A stretch of 48,768 bases of DNA from an uncultured Eubacteriales bacterium (GCA_964643285.1 CAZXSP010000001.1:1-48768); one strand, 5' to 3'. Shown: positions 36,982-46,106, counted from the first letter of the stretch. Notes: generated by a model not told the origin, from the letters alone. Made by a program: numbers and translations.

Positions 36982-37352
36982 TACGATTTCCCCAAAAGGT
37001 GTTTCCACCCGTCTCTTATTTCTACCAACACCTTGAGGGCATCTTCAGCGTGAGAGGCATCCTTTTTGATGTTGGCAGCCACCAAACAATCGTAGATGAA
37101 CTGGTATACTACCAAAAGATTGTTAGCAATCTTGCCGCCTGCCTCCAGGTTTAGAGACGCACGCAACTCGTCCACAATGTCTTGTGCTTTCAGAAAGCAA
37201 GAATTGGCCGCGCCCGGATTACCGTCTTTAACAAAAACAAGCGCCGACCTAACGCTTTTTATGGCCTCGTTGAAAAGAAGCAGAACCAGCTCCCCGGGCG
37301 GAGCCGTCTGAACAGTTGCCTGCTTGTATACATCTAAGGCTTTGTTGCCCAT
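36981..37352 (-). CDS. fliS: flagellin-specific export chaperone FliS
   Basis: 123 aa. The YKQATVQTAPPGELVLLLFNEAIK N-terminus and four-helix pattern are typical of FliS. Confidence 0.9.
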   Translation of the reverse strand: MGNKALDVYKQATVQTAPPGELVLLLFNEAIKSVRSALVFVKDGNPGAANSCFLKAQDIVDELRASLNLEAGGKIANNLLVVYQFIYDCLVAANIKKDASHAEDALKVLVEIRDGWKHLLGKS

Positions 37353-37367
37353 TATCGCTTTATCACC

Positions 37368-38726
37368 CTATTCCGCGCTCGTATACATACCGGCGATTTG
37401 CTGTGACAACCATGCACCTTGGGAATTCAGCTTGGATAACATGACTTCGAGGCTGCTGAACTGCCTTTGCAAAGATGCGAGTCGTAGGTCTAGGGTCCTC
37501 TGTCTTTGTTCTATTTGCCGCGACAAGGCTTTGTCACGCTCTTCAAGTTGCTCTTTCCTCAAAGGGACAAACCCCTTCAAAGACGCGTATTTCTGAATAA
37601 CGTCCTTTAGCCCGTCAAAAATACCCTTTGTGCCCGAGGATGCTCCTATCAGTTTTGCCACACCCGCGCGATTGTTTTTGAGCGCGTCCTTGAGCAACTT
37701 GTCGTCTAGGGTGAGCTTTCCATCCCTCGACACTGACCCCGCGGCCCCGGTACTCAAACCTATAGCGCCCGCAAACTGAAAACCGGGCAAAGCATCCCCA
37801 ACTTGACGGAAAATGACCGCCCTAATCTCTGTTATCAATCGTTGCAGCATGGGATCACCGAACAAAAGACCGCCTACCTTTTTGTCAGAATCCCACGAGG
37901 TATAGTTCTTGACCAGATCTATAAAGGAATTGTACTCGGCCACCAGCGATTTCACATCGTTCACCACAGCCTTATCGTCATAAGCCACGGTGAGCATAGC
38001 CCGGGCGCCCGCTTCCGCCCCCGGTCCTGAAATGGAACTAAGATCGAAGTCTATGCCTTTGATAACGTCGCTGATATGATTTTTGCTTCTGGTAAACTCA
38101 ACGCCGTTTACAGAAAACATCGCGTTTTGTGCGCTTCTTATTTGACTCATTTCCAAAATCCCTTGCTGACTTTCAAAAACCATTTCGCCTTCTGTACCCG
38201 GATTTTCCGCGGTCAAGACAAGCCGGTACTGGTCAGGCGTGACCTTGAGAACAGAAGCTTTTACCCCGACCTCCGGCATCTCGTTTATGCTTTGCGCGAT
38301 ATCTTCCAAAGTGTCGGCGGTTGCCACCGTTACGGTACATCCGTTGATAGTAATGTCGCCTTCTAGGCCCAAAGCCTCATCGCAAGTTTCATACAAGCCC
38401 GATCCGATTACTTGGGCCCGCGCTAAAGAGCTAATTTCAATCTCGTATTCCCCAAGCTGCGCTTGTTCATGGTTTACGCCGCCTACTGCGACACCTGAGC
38501 CGACCACGGTAACTGCCTTTTGGTCAAATTCTGTTTTGGAGCAGAGAGGGGTAGTTTTGCTAACCAGAGAGTCAAGAGCAGTCTTTATCTTATCCCAAGC
38601 ATTTTTTTGACCCGCCAAATCTTGCTGGTTTTTTTGGAGGGCCAACAAAGGCTGTCTTTCAATTTTCATGAGCTCCTGAATGATGGTTTCGGTATCGAGG
38701 CCGGATACTCCAATAGTAATGCCCAA
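37368..38726 (-). CDS. fliD: flagellar filament cap protein FliD
   Basis: From the TTG at 38726 (GGAGG 8 nt upstream) the protein reads (M)GITIGVSGLDTETIIQELMKIERQPL, the canonical FliD N-terminus. A C-terminal heptad region is present. Confidence 0.88.
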   Translation of the reverse strand: MGITIGVSGLDTETIIQELMKIERQPLLALQKNQQDLAGQKNAWDKIKTALDSLVSKTTPLCSKTEFDQKAVTVVGSGVAVGGVNHEQAQLGEYEIEISSLARAQVIGSGLYETCDEALGLEGDITINGCTVTVATADTLEDIAQSINEMPEVGVKASVLKVTPDQYRLVLTAENPGTEGEMVFESQQGILEMSQIRSAQNAMFSVNGVEFTRSKNHISDVIKGIDFDLSSISGPGAEAGARAMLTVAYDDKAVVNDVKSLVAEYNSFIDLVKNYTSWDSDKKVGGLLFGDPMLQRLITEIRAVIFRQVGDALPGFQFAGAIGLSTGAAGSVSRDGKLTLDDKLLKDALKNNRAGVAKLIGASSGTKGIFDGLKDVIQKYASLKGFVPLRKEQLEERDKALSRQIEQRQRTLDLRLASLQRQFSSLEVMLSKLNSQGAWLSQQIAGMYTSAE

Positions 38727-38772
38727 TTGGTACACCTCCGGAGGCAAAAAGAATTTTAGCTAATCAAGGTGT

Positions 38773-38799
38773 ATATCGAAAAATCGCGGCGAGGCGTTA
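38773..38799 (-). promoter_or_regulatory. sigma-D (sigma-28)-like promoter upstream of fliD (TAAC-N15-TTCGATAT)
   Basis: The minus strand has -35 TAAC at 38799-96, a 15-nt spacer and -10 TTCGATAT at 38780-73. The consensus is TAAA-N15-GCCGATAT. Confidence 0.4.
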
Positions 38800-38801
38800 G
38801 T

Positions 38802-39026
38802 TTAGGGCTTGGGTAATAAGGAATCGATGGCGGGGTCTTTTGCCAGGGCCATTTCAGTAGTTATTTCATCCATAACTTCTTCTCTAAGTATTTTGGTTCC
38901 CGAGGGGGCATCTATGCCGAGCTTTACCAAGGTTTTTTTACCCGTTCCTCTGATCTCGGTTACTGTAACAACTATGTCATCGCCTATAGTAATGGCTTGG
39001 CCGGCTTTTCTCGAAAGAACAAGCAT
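38802..39026 (-). CDS. csrA: carbon storage / translational regulator CsrA
   Basis: 74 aa. Starts MLVLSRKAGQAITIGDDIVVTV and contains GIDAPSGTKILREEV. Confidence 0.93.
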   Translation of the reverse strand: MLVLSRKAGQAITIGDDIVVTVTEIRGTGKKTLVKLGIDAPSGTKILREEVMDEITTEMALAKDPAIDSLLPKP

Positions 39027-39027
39027 A

Positions 39028-39483
39028 CTAACCCGTCCTTTTTAAAAGACCTTGTAGCGCGGGGAAAACGCTATGTTTAGTAGTATACTGTGGAGACACC
39101 GCGATTACCTGCATTCCCAACCGAGCCGAAGGGTTTATTACCAAAGGCGCCTGTAAATTGGCTGTGGTTTTGCTGGTTTCCTTGGGCACAGTTACCACAA
39201 CCTGCATAATCAAATCCCTCGGTGAAGCGTGACCCAAGAGCATCAGCTCTCTCGGGCACAACTCGGGATCGTAATCGGCGAATACAGCTTTGGGGTCAAG
39301 TGTCACAAAGCCCAAAGAAGGGTCGTCCACAGACTGAAGCCATTTTATCGAGTCGTCAACTCCCGTAAGGCTAACGGGGACGAAGCTCCTGAACTCGGGA
39401 AACCCAATAAGGCCTTTGGGAAATATCACGACCTGGGAAGGTTCGATGTCCATTTCTCCGAATCGCTTAGTGTTGATTTTCAT
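39028..39483 (-). CDS. fliW: flagellar assembly factor FliW (CsrA antagonist)
   Basis: 151 aa with the FPKGLIGFPEF motif. It lies immediately upstream of csrA. Confidence 0.9.
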   Translation of the reverse strand: MKINTKRFGEMDIEPSQVVIFPKGLIGFPEFRSFVPVSLTGVDDSIKWLQSVDDPSLGFVTLDPKAVFADYDPELCPRELMLLGHASPRDLIMQVVVTVPKETSKTTANLQAPLVINPSARLGMQVIAVSPQYTTKHSVFPALQGLLKRTG

Positions 39484-39504
39484 AGTCGCGCTGCCCCCTA
39501 GCTG

Positions 39505-40305
39505 TTAACGCAGGTGATTCAATAGGGATGACTGGAGTATCCTCGCCCCCACACCCAGGGCGGCCTGGTACGCCGCCTCTTCGGAACGAAGTCTGACAAT
39601 TACCTCAGTGAGGTCAATGTCTTCAACATTTGAAAGAAGCCGCCTGAACTCTATGTCCGAAGTTTTCATTTTGGCTTCCAACATGTTGAGGCGATTCATT
39701 TTCGCGCCATTACTGGCCCTTTGTGCCAAAACAAGATCCAGTGAGTCAGAAAGCCCTTGATGAACGCCGGAGAATTCACCGTCTGAAAGAGCAGAATCGA
39801 GTGCCTCAAGACTTTCTCTCACTGTTTGAATCAAACTCGACTGTTCGTCGACTGTAATTGTAATTTCAGAGCCGACTCTCCATGTTGGCATGGTCCCCAC
39901 CAACAACTGGCCACCTTCAATAGTGGTTTTTTCAATGCTTTGGATTTCTTCAAGAAGCTGCTTCACTTCCATGGCCAAATAGGCACGGGCATCGTCGGGA
40001 GTAGTGGCGGTGCCGCCCTCTGTAGCCAAATACTGAGCCCTGATGAGAATGTCGGTCAAATCTGTCAAGGCCTGCTCTGTGTCGGCCATCCATGTTTTGG
40101 CCCTATCCACATTCCGCAAATATTGCTGGTTCTGCGATTGCTGGTGGCGAATAATAAGCGAGCGTTCAGCGCCTATGGGGTCTTCTTGGGGCTTGGAGAA
40201 ACGCATGCCGGAAGTGGCCATGTCCTCAATCCTGCCCAAACGAGCCTCGGCTTTGGTTATGTTGTAAAGGAAATTTCTTTCCCTTGTAAGGTCCGTAACT
40301 CTCAC
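39505..40305 (-). CDS. flgL: flagellar hook-associated protein 3 FlgL
   Basis: 266 aa. Starts MRVTDL and contains SGMRFSKPQEDPIGA (flagellin N-domain-like). The C-terminus AALGVGARILQSSLLNHL is also flagellin-like. Confidence 0.85.
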   Translation of the reverse strand: MRVTDLTRERNFLYNITKAEARLGRIEDMATSGMRFSKPQEDPIGAERSLIIRHQQSQNQQYLRNVDRAKTWMADTEQALTDLTDILIRAQYLATEGGTATTPDDARAYLAMEVKQLLEEIQSIEKTTIEGGQLLVGTMPTWRVGSEITITVDEQSSLIQTVRESLEALDSALSDGEFSGVHQGLSDSLDLVLAQRASNGAKMNRLNMLEAKMKTSDIEFRRLLSNVEDIDLTEVIVRLRSEEAAYQAALGVGARILQSSLLNHLR

Positions 40306-40328
40306 CTGTACTTACCCCCTAAGACCAT

Positions 40329-41744
40329 TTACCTTCCGGCCAGGCCCATTCTGTTCACAATAGTATCCAAGGCTTCGTCCGCTATAGTAATCAGCCTGCT
40401 TGCCGCGTTAAAAGCGTGCTGCTGCCGAATAAGGATCGCTACCTCCTCGTCGACGGAAACGCCGGAGATGCTGTCTTTACGATTGCTTAGCTCTTTAACC
40501 AATATTTGTTGAATATCGTATCCGCTTTGAACTTTTTGGCCCACGGCGCCAAGCTTCCCAACCATACCTGCCCAAACGTCGTTGAAAGCCCCCGAATACG
40601 CCCCCAAAGAAGCGTCTTCAAGCGGCGTTTCCTGCCCTCCCAATACATCTGCTATCCTCAGCGCTATACTGCCGTCCCTGGGGTCGTCAGGCACCCCTGA
40701 AGCGCATATTAGGTTTGTGTCCTCTACTATATCCGGGTTCACTTTTATGGTAATAAGGCTGGATTCCTCGTCAAACTCAAAGAAATGGAGCCCACCCAAG
40801 CCGGGGACAAGCGATTCCCCTTGAGAGTGGACATGGTTTACATTTCCCGCTATATATTTGAGCAGCCCTTCGAGCTCTTTCTTGAACCCTAAGGTCATTT
40901 CATCCCGGGCGACTTTGTAACCCCCCAGGCTTCCTCCAACGCTCGGAATAACGCTGTATTCTCCAGGCCCGGAGACCCACCTGAACTCGGTTCCGTCAGA
41001 CTGAAAGCGCGCTTCCAAAGAGTACAAAGTGCCTTGGTCAAGAAGAGGGAACCCTCCAATAGACACCCTTACCGAGGCCCCGTTGTCCAAGTATGTAACT
41101 GTGGCCCCCGACAAAGATGCCAATTCATCCAGAAGCAGATCTCTTTGATCCATTAAGTCAGAAGTAGGCTCTCCCCTTGCGACAGCCCTGGATATTTCCA
41201 AGTTAAAATCCCTTACTCCCGCAGCCAGAAGGTTGACCCTACCCACGGTAGTTTGAATAGCCGTTTCCACGTCTTTACCTAAAGAGTCGAGCTGCCCGCC
41301 CAAGTGTTTGAAAGTATCCGCTAAAGTGCGCCCCCGTTCCATAACTTGAGCCCTGGCACTCATGGACTCAGGGGCAATAGAAACATCGTGCCAAGCCGAT
41401 GAAAACCCGTCAATTGCCGCCCTGATGCTGTCGTCCGAAGGCTCAGCCACAATAGCCTGAATCTGATCCATGACGTCTTTTTGCACTTTGAAGCTGGTTT
41501 CATTGCCGATTTCGGCCCTAAGCACCGCATCCACAAATAGATCCCGGCAACGGGCAATACCGGAGACTTTCACGCCTGCCCCGGACACCGACGCCATACG
41601 TTGTATGATCGGTTCCAACATAGTTTCTTGCCTTGAGAATCCCGGGGTGGCAGCGTTAGCCACGTTGTGCCCCGTGGTGTTCATGCTGCGTTGGGCGGCT
41701 ATAAGCCCGGATTTTCCTATCTCAAATAACGTAAAGGTAGACAA
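40329..41744 (-). CDS. flgK: flagellar hook-associated protein 1 FlgK
   Basis: From the TTG at 41744 the protein reads (M)STFTLFEIGKSGLIAAQRSMNTTGHNVANAATPGFSRQE. The ORF track starts 7 codons earlier, at 41765. Confidence 0.88.
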   Translation of the reverse strand: MSTFTLFEIGKSGLIAAQRSMNTTGHNVANAATPGFSRQETMLEPIIQRMASVSGAGVKVSGIARCRDLFVDAVLRAEIGNETSFKVQKDVMDQIQAIVAEPSDDSIRAAIDGFSSAWHDVSIAPESMSARAQVMERGRTLADTFKHLGGQLDSLGKDVETAIQTTVGRVNLLAAGVRDFNLEISRAVARGEPTSDLMDQRDLLLDELASLSGATVTYLDNGASVRVSIGGFPLLDQGTLYSLEARFQSDGTEFRWVSGPGEYSVIPSVGGSLGGYKVARDEMTLGFKKELEGLLKYIAGNVNHVHSQGESLVPGLGGLHFFEFDEESSLITIKVNPDIVEDTNLICASGVPDDPRDGSIALRIADVLGGQETPLEDASLGAYSGAFNDVWAGMVGKLGAVGQKVQSGYDIQQILVKELSNRKDSISGVSVDEEVAILIRQQHAFNAASRLITIADEALDTIVNRMGLAGR

Positions 41745-41761
41745 TGCACTAGGCCCCCGTT

Positions 41762-42151
41762 TCAAACCTTGCGATCGAATTTCAGCGGGCTTTCCAAAGC
41801 TTTATTTCCCCAATAACCGCTCTCTTGGGGGATGAAAAGTTTAAGATTATATTGGACCAGGCGAAGCGCCGTATTAATAAGCCTCTGAGTCACAATGTTG
41901 AGTTCTCGCAGCTTGAGGATTTTTGTTTTGAGCGGATGGTCGTAGGGAAGACGTGAAAATTCCAACCCATTGTGATTTCGCCCAACACTTTCAAGGGTTT
42001 CAACGAGCTTTGTTTCGTGAAGCAAAGCGTTTTCCAACGAAGGTATATCGTTTGCCACGAGGGCGCTTTGTTTTTCGTAAGAAAGATTAATGAGCCCATC
42101 AAGGATGGTCTCCAGTTCAGGCAATATGAAACTAAGGTCGGTATTTGTCAT
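41762..42151 (-). CDS. flgN: FlgN family flagellar chaperone
   Basis: 129 aa and helical. It lies between flgM and flgK, like B. subtilis yvyG. Confidence 0.7.
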   Translation of the reverse strand: MTNTDLSFILPELETILDGLINLSYEKQSALVANDIPSLENALLHETKLVETLESVGRNHNGLEFSRLPYDHPLKTKILKLRELNIVTQRLINTALRLVQYNLKLFIPQESGYWGNKALESPLKFDRKV

Positions 42152-42163
42152 GGCTTGTATGCT

Positions 42164-42457
42164 CTACTTAATCCTGTCGGCGAACAGTCTTCCTAACATC
42201 TTGTCAGCCACTTCTTTGGAGTCTATGGTGTATTTGCCGTCAGAGATTTTGGCGGCGCAGTCTTTAACCCTGTCTTCTCTGATATCGGGCAATTTCTTTA
42301 CTATCTGTTTGACACGGTCAATATCCTCTTGTTTAAAGGGGACGCTGACATTGTCAGACGCCTGTTCTTTGTTTGCCGGTGACTTTTGGGCATCACCCGC
42401 GCCTTGGGCCCTGTAAATCTCAACTATTTTTCCAATCTGAGCCCTTGAAATCATCAC
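42164..42457 (-). CDS. flgM: anti-sigma-28 factor FlgM
   Basis: 97 aa. The C-terminal region REDRVKDCAAKISDGKYTIDSKEVADKML is typical of FlgM. Confidence 0.8.
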   Translation of the reverse strand: MMISRAQIGKIVEIYRAQGAGDAQKSPANKEQASDNVSVPFKQEDIDRVKQIVKKLPDIREDRVKDCAAKISDGKYTIDSKEVADKMLGRLFADRIK

Positions 42458-42497
42458 AGTGGATCACCCTCTTGAATTATCTTAACACTTAACACAC

Positions 42498-42524
42498 TCA
42501 TCGACATTTCTCACACCGTGTTTA
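42498..42524 (-). promoter_or_regulatory. sigma-D (sigma-28)-like promoter upstream of flgM (TAAA-N15-GTCGATGA)
   Basis: The minus strand has TAAA at 42524-21, a 15-nt spacer and GTCGATGA at 42505-498. It lies about 40 nt upstream of the flgM start. Confidence 0.5.
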
Positions 42525-42543
42525 TAGCACTAGGTCGTTTTCA

Positions 42544-43266
42544 CTACATTCTTGGCGTCCTTGCCACAGTCCCCCCGTAAACCCGGAAAGCCCCGAAGCC
42601 TTTGAGAACCCTTGCGGTTTCGTCTAAAGTGGCGCCGGTAGTCATGACATCGTCCACCACCAAAACCCGCAAACCGAACACATTAGCTTGAGTCTTCAGG
42701 CCCATTGAGCTTCTTAAGTTTGCCATCCGCCCGCTCTGCCCCAGTTCGGCCTGATGCATTTGCCTTTTTTGCCGGCTCAAAACATCCTCGCAGGGCACAT
42801 CCAGATAGTTGGCCGCGTGATAGGCCAAATCTTCCGCTTGGTTGAAGCCTCGGTTTGCCAAACTCGCAGGGTCGATGGGAACAGGGACTATCAGGTCAAT
42901 AGGCAGAAATTCGGCAACCCTATGGGATATTAGTTCAGCCAACGGCCGTGCAAGCCACCTTTGGCCGCCGTATTTTAGCGCCTGAACCGCCTTTTTAAGG
43001 CCTCCCGCGTACAAACCGCCGGACCTTTGAGCATCGAAATAACCCGCGTTGCCCCGGCAAACGGGACAAACATCAATGGAGCCCCACAGAGGTATCCCAC
43101 AAATTCTGCAGACGTTTGACATTTGTGCGGAAAGCTTACTGACACAAGAATTGCAGACGCCAACTCTACTTTCCCGGGGGCTTTCAAGCGGTCGGCCGCA
43201 AAGGGCACAAGAAGCGGGCACGCCGAACAGCAGCCCAGAAATAAAGTCCCTGTCAAAAACGCGCAC
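42544..43266 (-). CDS. comFC: ComF family protein (ComFC-like phosphoribosyltransferase-fold competence protein)
   Basis: N-terminal Cys4 zinc motifs (CALCG...CNSC, CRIC...CPVC) and PRT motif VLVVDDVMTTGATL. Confidence 0.85.
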   Translation of the reverse strand: MRVFDRDFISGLLFGVPASCALCGRPLESPRESRVGVCNSCVSKLSAQMSNVCRICGIPLWGSIDVCPVCRGNAGYFDAQRSGGLYAGGLKKAVQALKYGGQRWLARPLAELISHRVAEFLPIDLIVPVPIDPASLANRGFNQAEDLAYHAANYLDVPCEDVLSRQKRQMHQAELGQSGRMANLRSSMGLKTQANVFGLRVLVVDDVMTTGATLDETARVLKGFGAFRVYGGTVARTPRM

Positions 43267-43271
43267 TTTGG

Positions 43272-44462
43272 CTACAGACTCAACTTAGCGTTCTTGTTTA
43301 AATAGAGCTCGTCGTCAGCCCGTTTGATTACTGCATGGGCTTCCAATCCGTCCTGGGGAAACGTGGCTACTCCGAAACTGGCACTTAGAACCAAAGGTTG
43401 CGCCATATTGTCTTTAGCGGCAATAGTCACAGCCAAAAGGTTTTCGCTGATCCTGTTAACAACATTGTAGGCCTCTTCTTTGGCAGCCCCGGGCAAGATG
43501 ACAGTGAATTCATCACCGCCCGGCCGAAAGACACTGTCTTTTTCACGGCACGACGAACGAAGCACATTGGCCACTAATTTCAAAGATTCATCGCCCAACT
43601 GATGGCCGCAAGTGTTGTTAATATCCCGAAATTCGTCGAGGTCAAGATAGATTAGGCTTACAACACCGCCGGTTTTGCCGGCCTTTTCAAAAGAATCTTC
43701 CAAAGCCCTGTGAAACTCTCTATAGTTGTACAATCCTGTAAGCGGATCCATCACGGCCAACGCTTTAACCGTTTCGTACTGGATTTGGTTATCGATGGCT
43801 TTGTAACGTGATTGGCTTATGAGAAAACCTGTGGAGGCTACCAAGGCACAAGTAAGGAAGAATACGGGAGGAGCACAACGATCATAGCACTGGTACATTA
43901 AAATCCCAAAAGCTCCCACATAACCGGCATTTATAAAAAAGTATATAAGATTATGCCATTTTTGACGAAATCCCACTTTTTCGGGGTGCAAAGCAGAATA
44001 CAAGCCTGACAAAAGGCTAATTGCAGCCCAATACGTGAGCCCGAATAACAGGCCTGTCCAAAAAATGTTCTGCCAGCCGTCGGCGGCGCCGTAGCGAAGC
44101 GCCGCTAGTGAAGCGAGGCTGGTGGCGACGGCAGCGGAACCCATGGAAAAAAACGATTCCATTGTTCGCCTTTTCAGAATAACCCAAGGTATAACCATGC
44201 CAATGTTTATAAGTACCGCGGCACTCGTGCCGGCGGTATAAAAAGCCGCCAATACCGGCGCCAAAGCAAAGCTGCCGCAAAAGCCCTCTTTTAGAGGAGT
44301 CCTGTAAAAGTCGGTAATAACAAAGGTGGCGAACAGGGCAAGGTACCGAGATTGAAGAAAGGATGCGGCCGCATCCGAAGCACGGCACACATGAAAAACA
44401 TACAACCCTATGCCTAATAGACCCACTAACCACATATAGATGGTTATTCGTTTATTCGACAT
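43272..44462 (-). CDS. membrane-anchored diguanylate cyclase (GGDEF) with I-site
   Basis: 396 aa with an N-terminal ~220-aa polytopic domain. The GGDEF domain carries DPLTGLYNYREF and REKDSVFRPGGDEF, so the RxxD I-site sits 5 residues before an intact GGDEF. Confidence 0.88.
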   Translation of the reverse strand: MSNKRITIYMWLVGLLGIGLYVFHVCRASDAAASFLQSRYLALFATFVITDFYRTPLKEGFCGSFALAPVLAAFYTAGTSAAVLINIGMVIPWVILKRRTMESFFSMGSAAVATSLASLAALRYGAADGWQNIFWTGLLFGLTYWAAISLLSGLYSALHPEKVGFRQKWHNLIYFFINAGYVGAFGILMYQCYDRCAPPVFFLTCALVASTGFLISQSRYKAIDNQIQYETVKALAVMDPLTGLYNYREFHRALEDSFEKAGKTGGVVSLIYLDLDEFRDINNTCGHQLGDESLKLVANVLRSSCREKDSVFRPGGDEFTVILPGAAKEEAYNVVNRISENLLAVTIAAKDNMAQPLVLSASFGVATFPQDGLEAHAVIKRADDELYLNKNAKLSL

Positions 44463-44502
44463 AGGCTACCCTTTGGAAAATACCTTTCCAAACAGGTGTG
44501 GT

Positions 44503-44727
44503 TTACAAACAGATAACATTATTCGGCACGCCCCCCAAGATTGTGTCCAAAACTAACCCGTCTTTTTTCAGTAACTCAAGTACGAGTTCAGCCTCTTTTT
44601 CAGGGGTTTGAAGGGTTACCGCCACAAAACAGCGGCAACTGTAGAACCACTCGGCCTTAAACCTAATAAGACGCACTGCCCCTTCCAGCCTTTCTGAACA
44701 CTTGCCAACGACCACTAACACCACCAT
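44503..44727 (-). CDS. hypothetical 74-aa protein (start uncertain)
   Basis: From the ATG at 44727 the translation is MVVLVVVGKCSERLEGAVRLIRFKAEWFYSCRCFVAVTLQTPEKEAELVLELLKKDGLVLDTILGGVPNNVICL, which has an alternating beta/alpha look. No clear SD is present. The longer GTG-44841 version has a Cys/Trp-rich, implausible N-terminus. Confidence 0.3.
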   Translation of the reverse strand: MVVLVVVGKCSERLEGAVRLIRFKAEWFYSCRCFVAVTLQTPEKEAELVLELLKKDGLVLDTILGGVPNNVICL

Positions 44728-44841
44728 AGGGGCTTTAAAACCTGAACACCTATACCAACAACGATCTCCAATTATTCCCAGAATACAGCATGAACCCAAC
44801 AAAAGCAAACATATCCTATTGGGATCCCACAAACGCGGCAC

Positions 44842-44865
44842 CTCCCCGCCAGTATACGCGGGGAG
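44842..44865 (-). terminator. GC-rich hairpin just after metK (possible non-canonical terminator)
   Basis: The minus strand reads CTCCCCGC-GTATACTG-GCGGGGAG: an 8-9 bp stem starting about 14 nt after the metK stop. The U-run lies 5' of the stem, with only UUU downstream, so the terminator function is uncertain. Confidence 0.4.
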
Positions 44866-44878
44866 AGGAAAAAAGGCC

Positions 44879-46069
44879 TTAAACGTGCTTTATAAGGCTG
44901 TCTACAAGATCTAGCCTTTCCCAAGGAAGGTCTAGATCATCTCTGCCAAAATGCCCGTAAGCTGATACTTGCGAAAATATGGGGCGCCTAAGCCCAAACC
45001 TGTCGATTATTGCGGCGGGACGAAAATCGAAAGCCTTTAGAACCGCGCTCTCAAGCACGTTTTCGTTGACCTTCGAAGTTCCCTTGGTGTCAACAATCAC
45101 CGACACCGGTTTGGCTACGCCAATCACGTAAGCTACCTGTACCTCACATTCTTTGCAAAGCCCGGCGGCGACCACATTTTTCGCTACATATCTTGCGGCG
45201 TAGCTCGCGGAACGGTCAACTTTGGTAGGGTCTTTGCCCGAAAAAGAACCGCCCCCGTGACGTGCAAATCCGCCATAGGTGTCGGATATGAGCTTTCGTC
45301 CCGATAATCCGCTGTCACCCTGCGGCCCCCCTATAACAAAACGCCCCGTGGTATTAACCAAAACCTTAGTGTCATCGTCCATCATGTTCTCGGGAATGGA
45401 CTTATTGACAACCTCCGCTATTACCCCGCGGCGTATTTCATCCAGTTCGGCCTCGGCGGCATGCTGCGCCGACACTACAACCGTGTGAACGCGGTTGGGA
45501 ACGCCGTCTACATATTCGAGTGTGACCTGGGTTTTGCCGTCAGGCCGTAGATACGGCAATATCCCTTCATGCCTTACATAGGCCAAACGCCGCGATAACC
45601 GATTGGCCAAGAAAATACTCATGGGCATATAAACAGGTGTTTCATCGCAGGCGTATCCGAACATCAGCCCTTGATCTCCGGCCCCCAAAGTGTCGCCCAT
45701 TTCTCCTGTCTTTGACTCCAAGGAATGGTCGACACCCAAAGCGATGTCGGGCGACTGCTCCTCGATGGCTGTGAGTACCGCGCAAGTATCGGCGTCAAAA
45801 CCGTATTTTGCCCTTGTATACCCTATTTTGCGAAGGGTTTCACGAACGATAAACGGCATATCCACATAACAGTCTGTAGATATTTCCCCGGCTACCAACA
45901 CGAAACCCGTTTTTACCATGCACTCGCAAGCAACCCGGGCCATACTGTCTTTAGTTAAAATAACGTCAAGAATTGAATCGACTATCTGATCGGCTACCTT
46001 ATCGGGGTGGCCCTCGGTCACAGATTCAGAAGTAAACAGCCTTCTGCCTAATCCTATGGTTGGCATCAA
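44879..46069 (-). CDS. metK: S-adenosylmethionine synthetase
   Basis: 396 aa with motifs [30 protein letters not shown] and [16 protein letters not shown]. Confidence 0.97.
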   Translation of the reverse strand: MMPTIGLGRRLFTSESVTEGHPDKVADQIVDSILDVILTKDSMARVACECMVKTGFVLVAGEISTDCYVDMPFIVRETLRKIGYTRAKYGFDADTCAVLTAIEEQSPDIALGVDHSLESKTGEMGDTLGAGDQGLMFGYACDETPVYMPMSIFLANRLSRRLAYVRHEGILPYLRPDGKTQVTLEYVDGVPNRVHTVVVSAQHAAEAELDEIRRGVIAEVVNKSIPENMMDDDTKVLVNTTGRFVIGGPQGDSGLSGRKLISDTYGGFARHGGGSFSGKDPTKVDRSASYAARYVAKNVVAAGLCKECEVQVAYVIGVAKPVSVIVDTKGTSKVNENVLESAVLKAFDFRPAAIIDRFGLRRPIFSQVSAYGHFGRDDLDLPWERLDLVDSLIKHV

Positions 46070-46106
46070 TAAACCTCCTCAGGCACAATGCCTTTGCATG
46101 GTAACA

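Noticed and set aside
38735-38744. Perfect 10-nt palindrome CCTCCGGAGG at the fliD ribosome-binding site, considered as a CsrA site or regulatory hairpin
   Set aside because: A zero-loop palindrome cannot fold on itself, and there is no flanking GGA-in-loop structure. It is most simply the SD (GGAGG) plus a chance complement.
39826-40512. 228-aa plus-strand ORF
   Set aside because: It is antisense to flgL and flgK. The composition is low-complexity and there is no SD, so it is a shadow ORF.
44728-44841. N-terminal 38 codons of the 112-aa ORF after metK
   Set aside because: The Cys/Trp/Leu-rich translation (ICLLLLGSCCILGIIGDRCWYRCSG) looks non-coding, and the GTG start is fused directly to a hairpin without SD spacing.
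46070-46106. SAM (S-box) riboswitch expected upstream of metK in Firmicutes
   Set aside because: Only 37 nt separate fabZ from metK, which is too short for an S-box leader. metK appears to be co-transcribed with fabZ.
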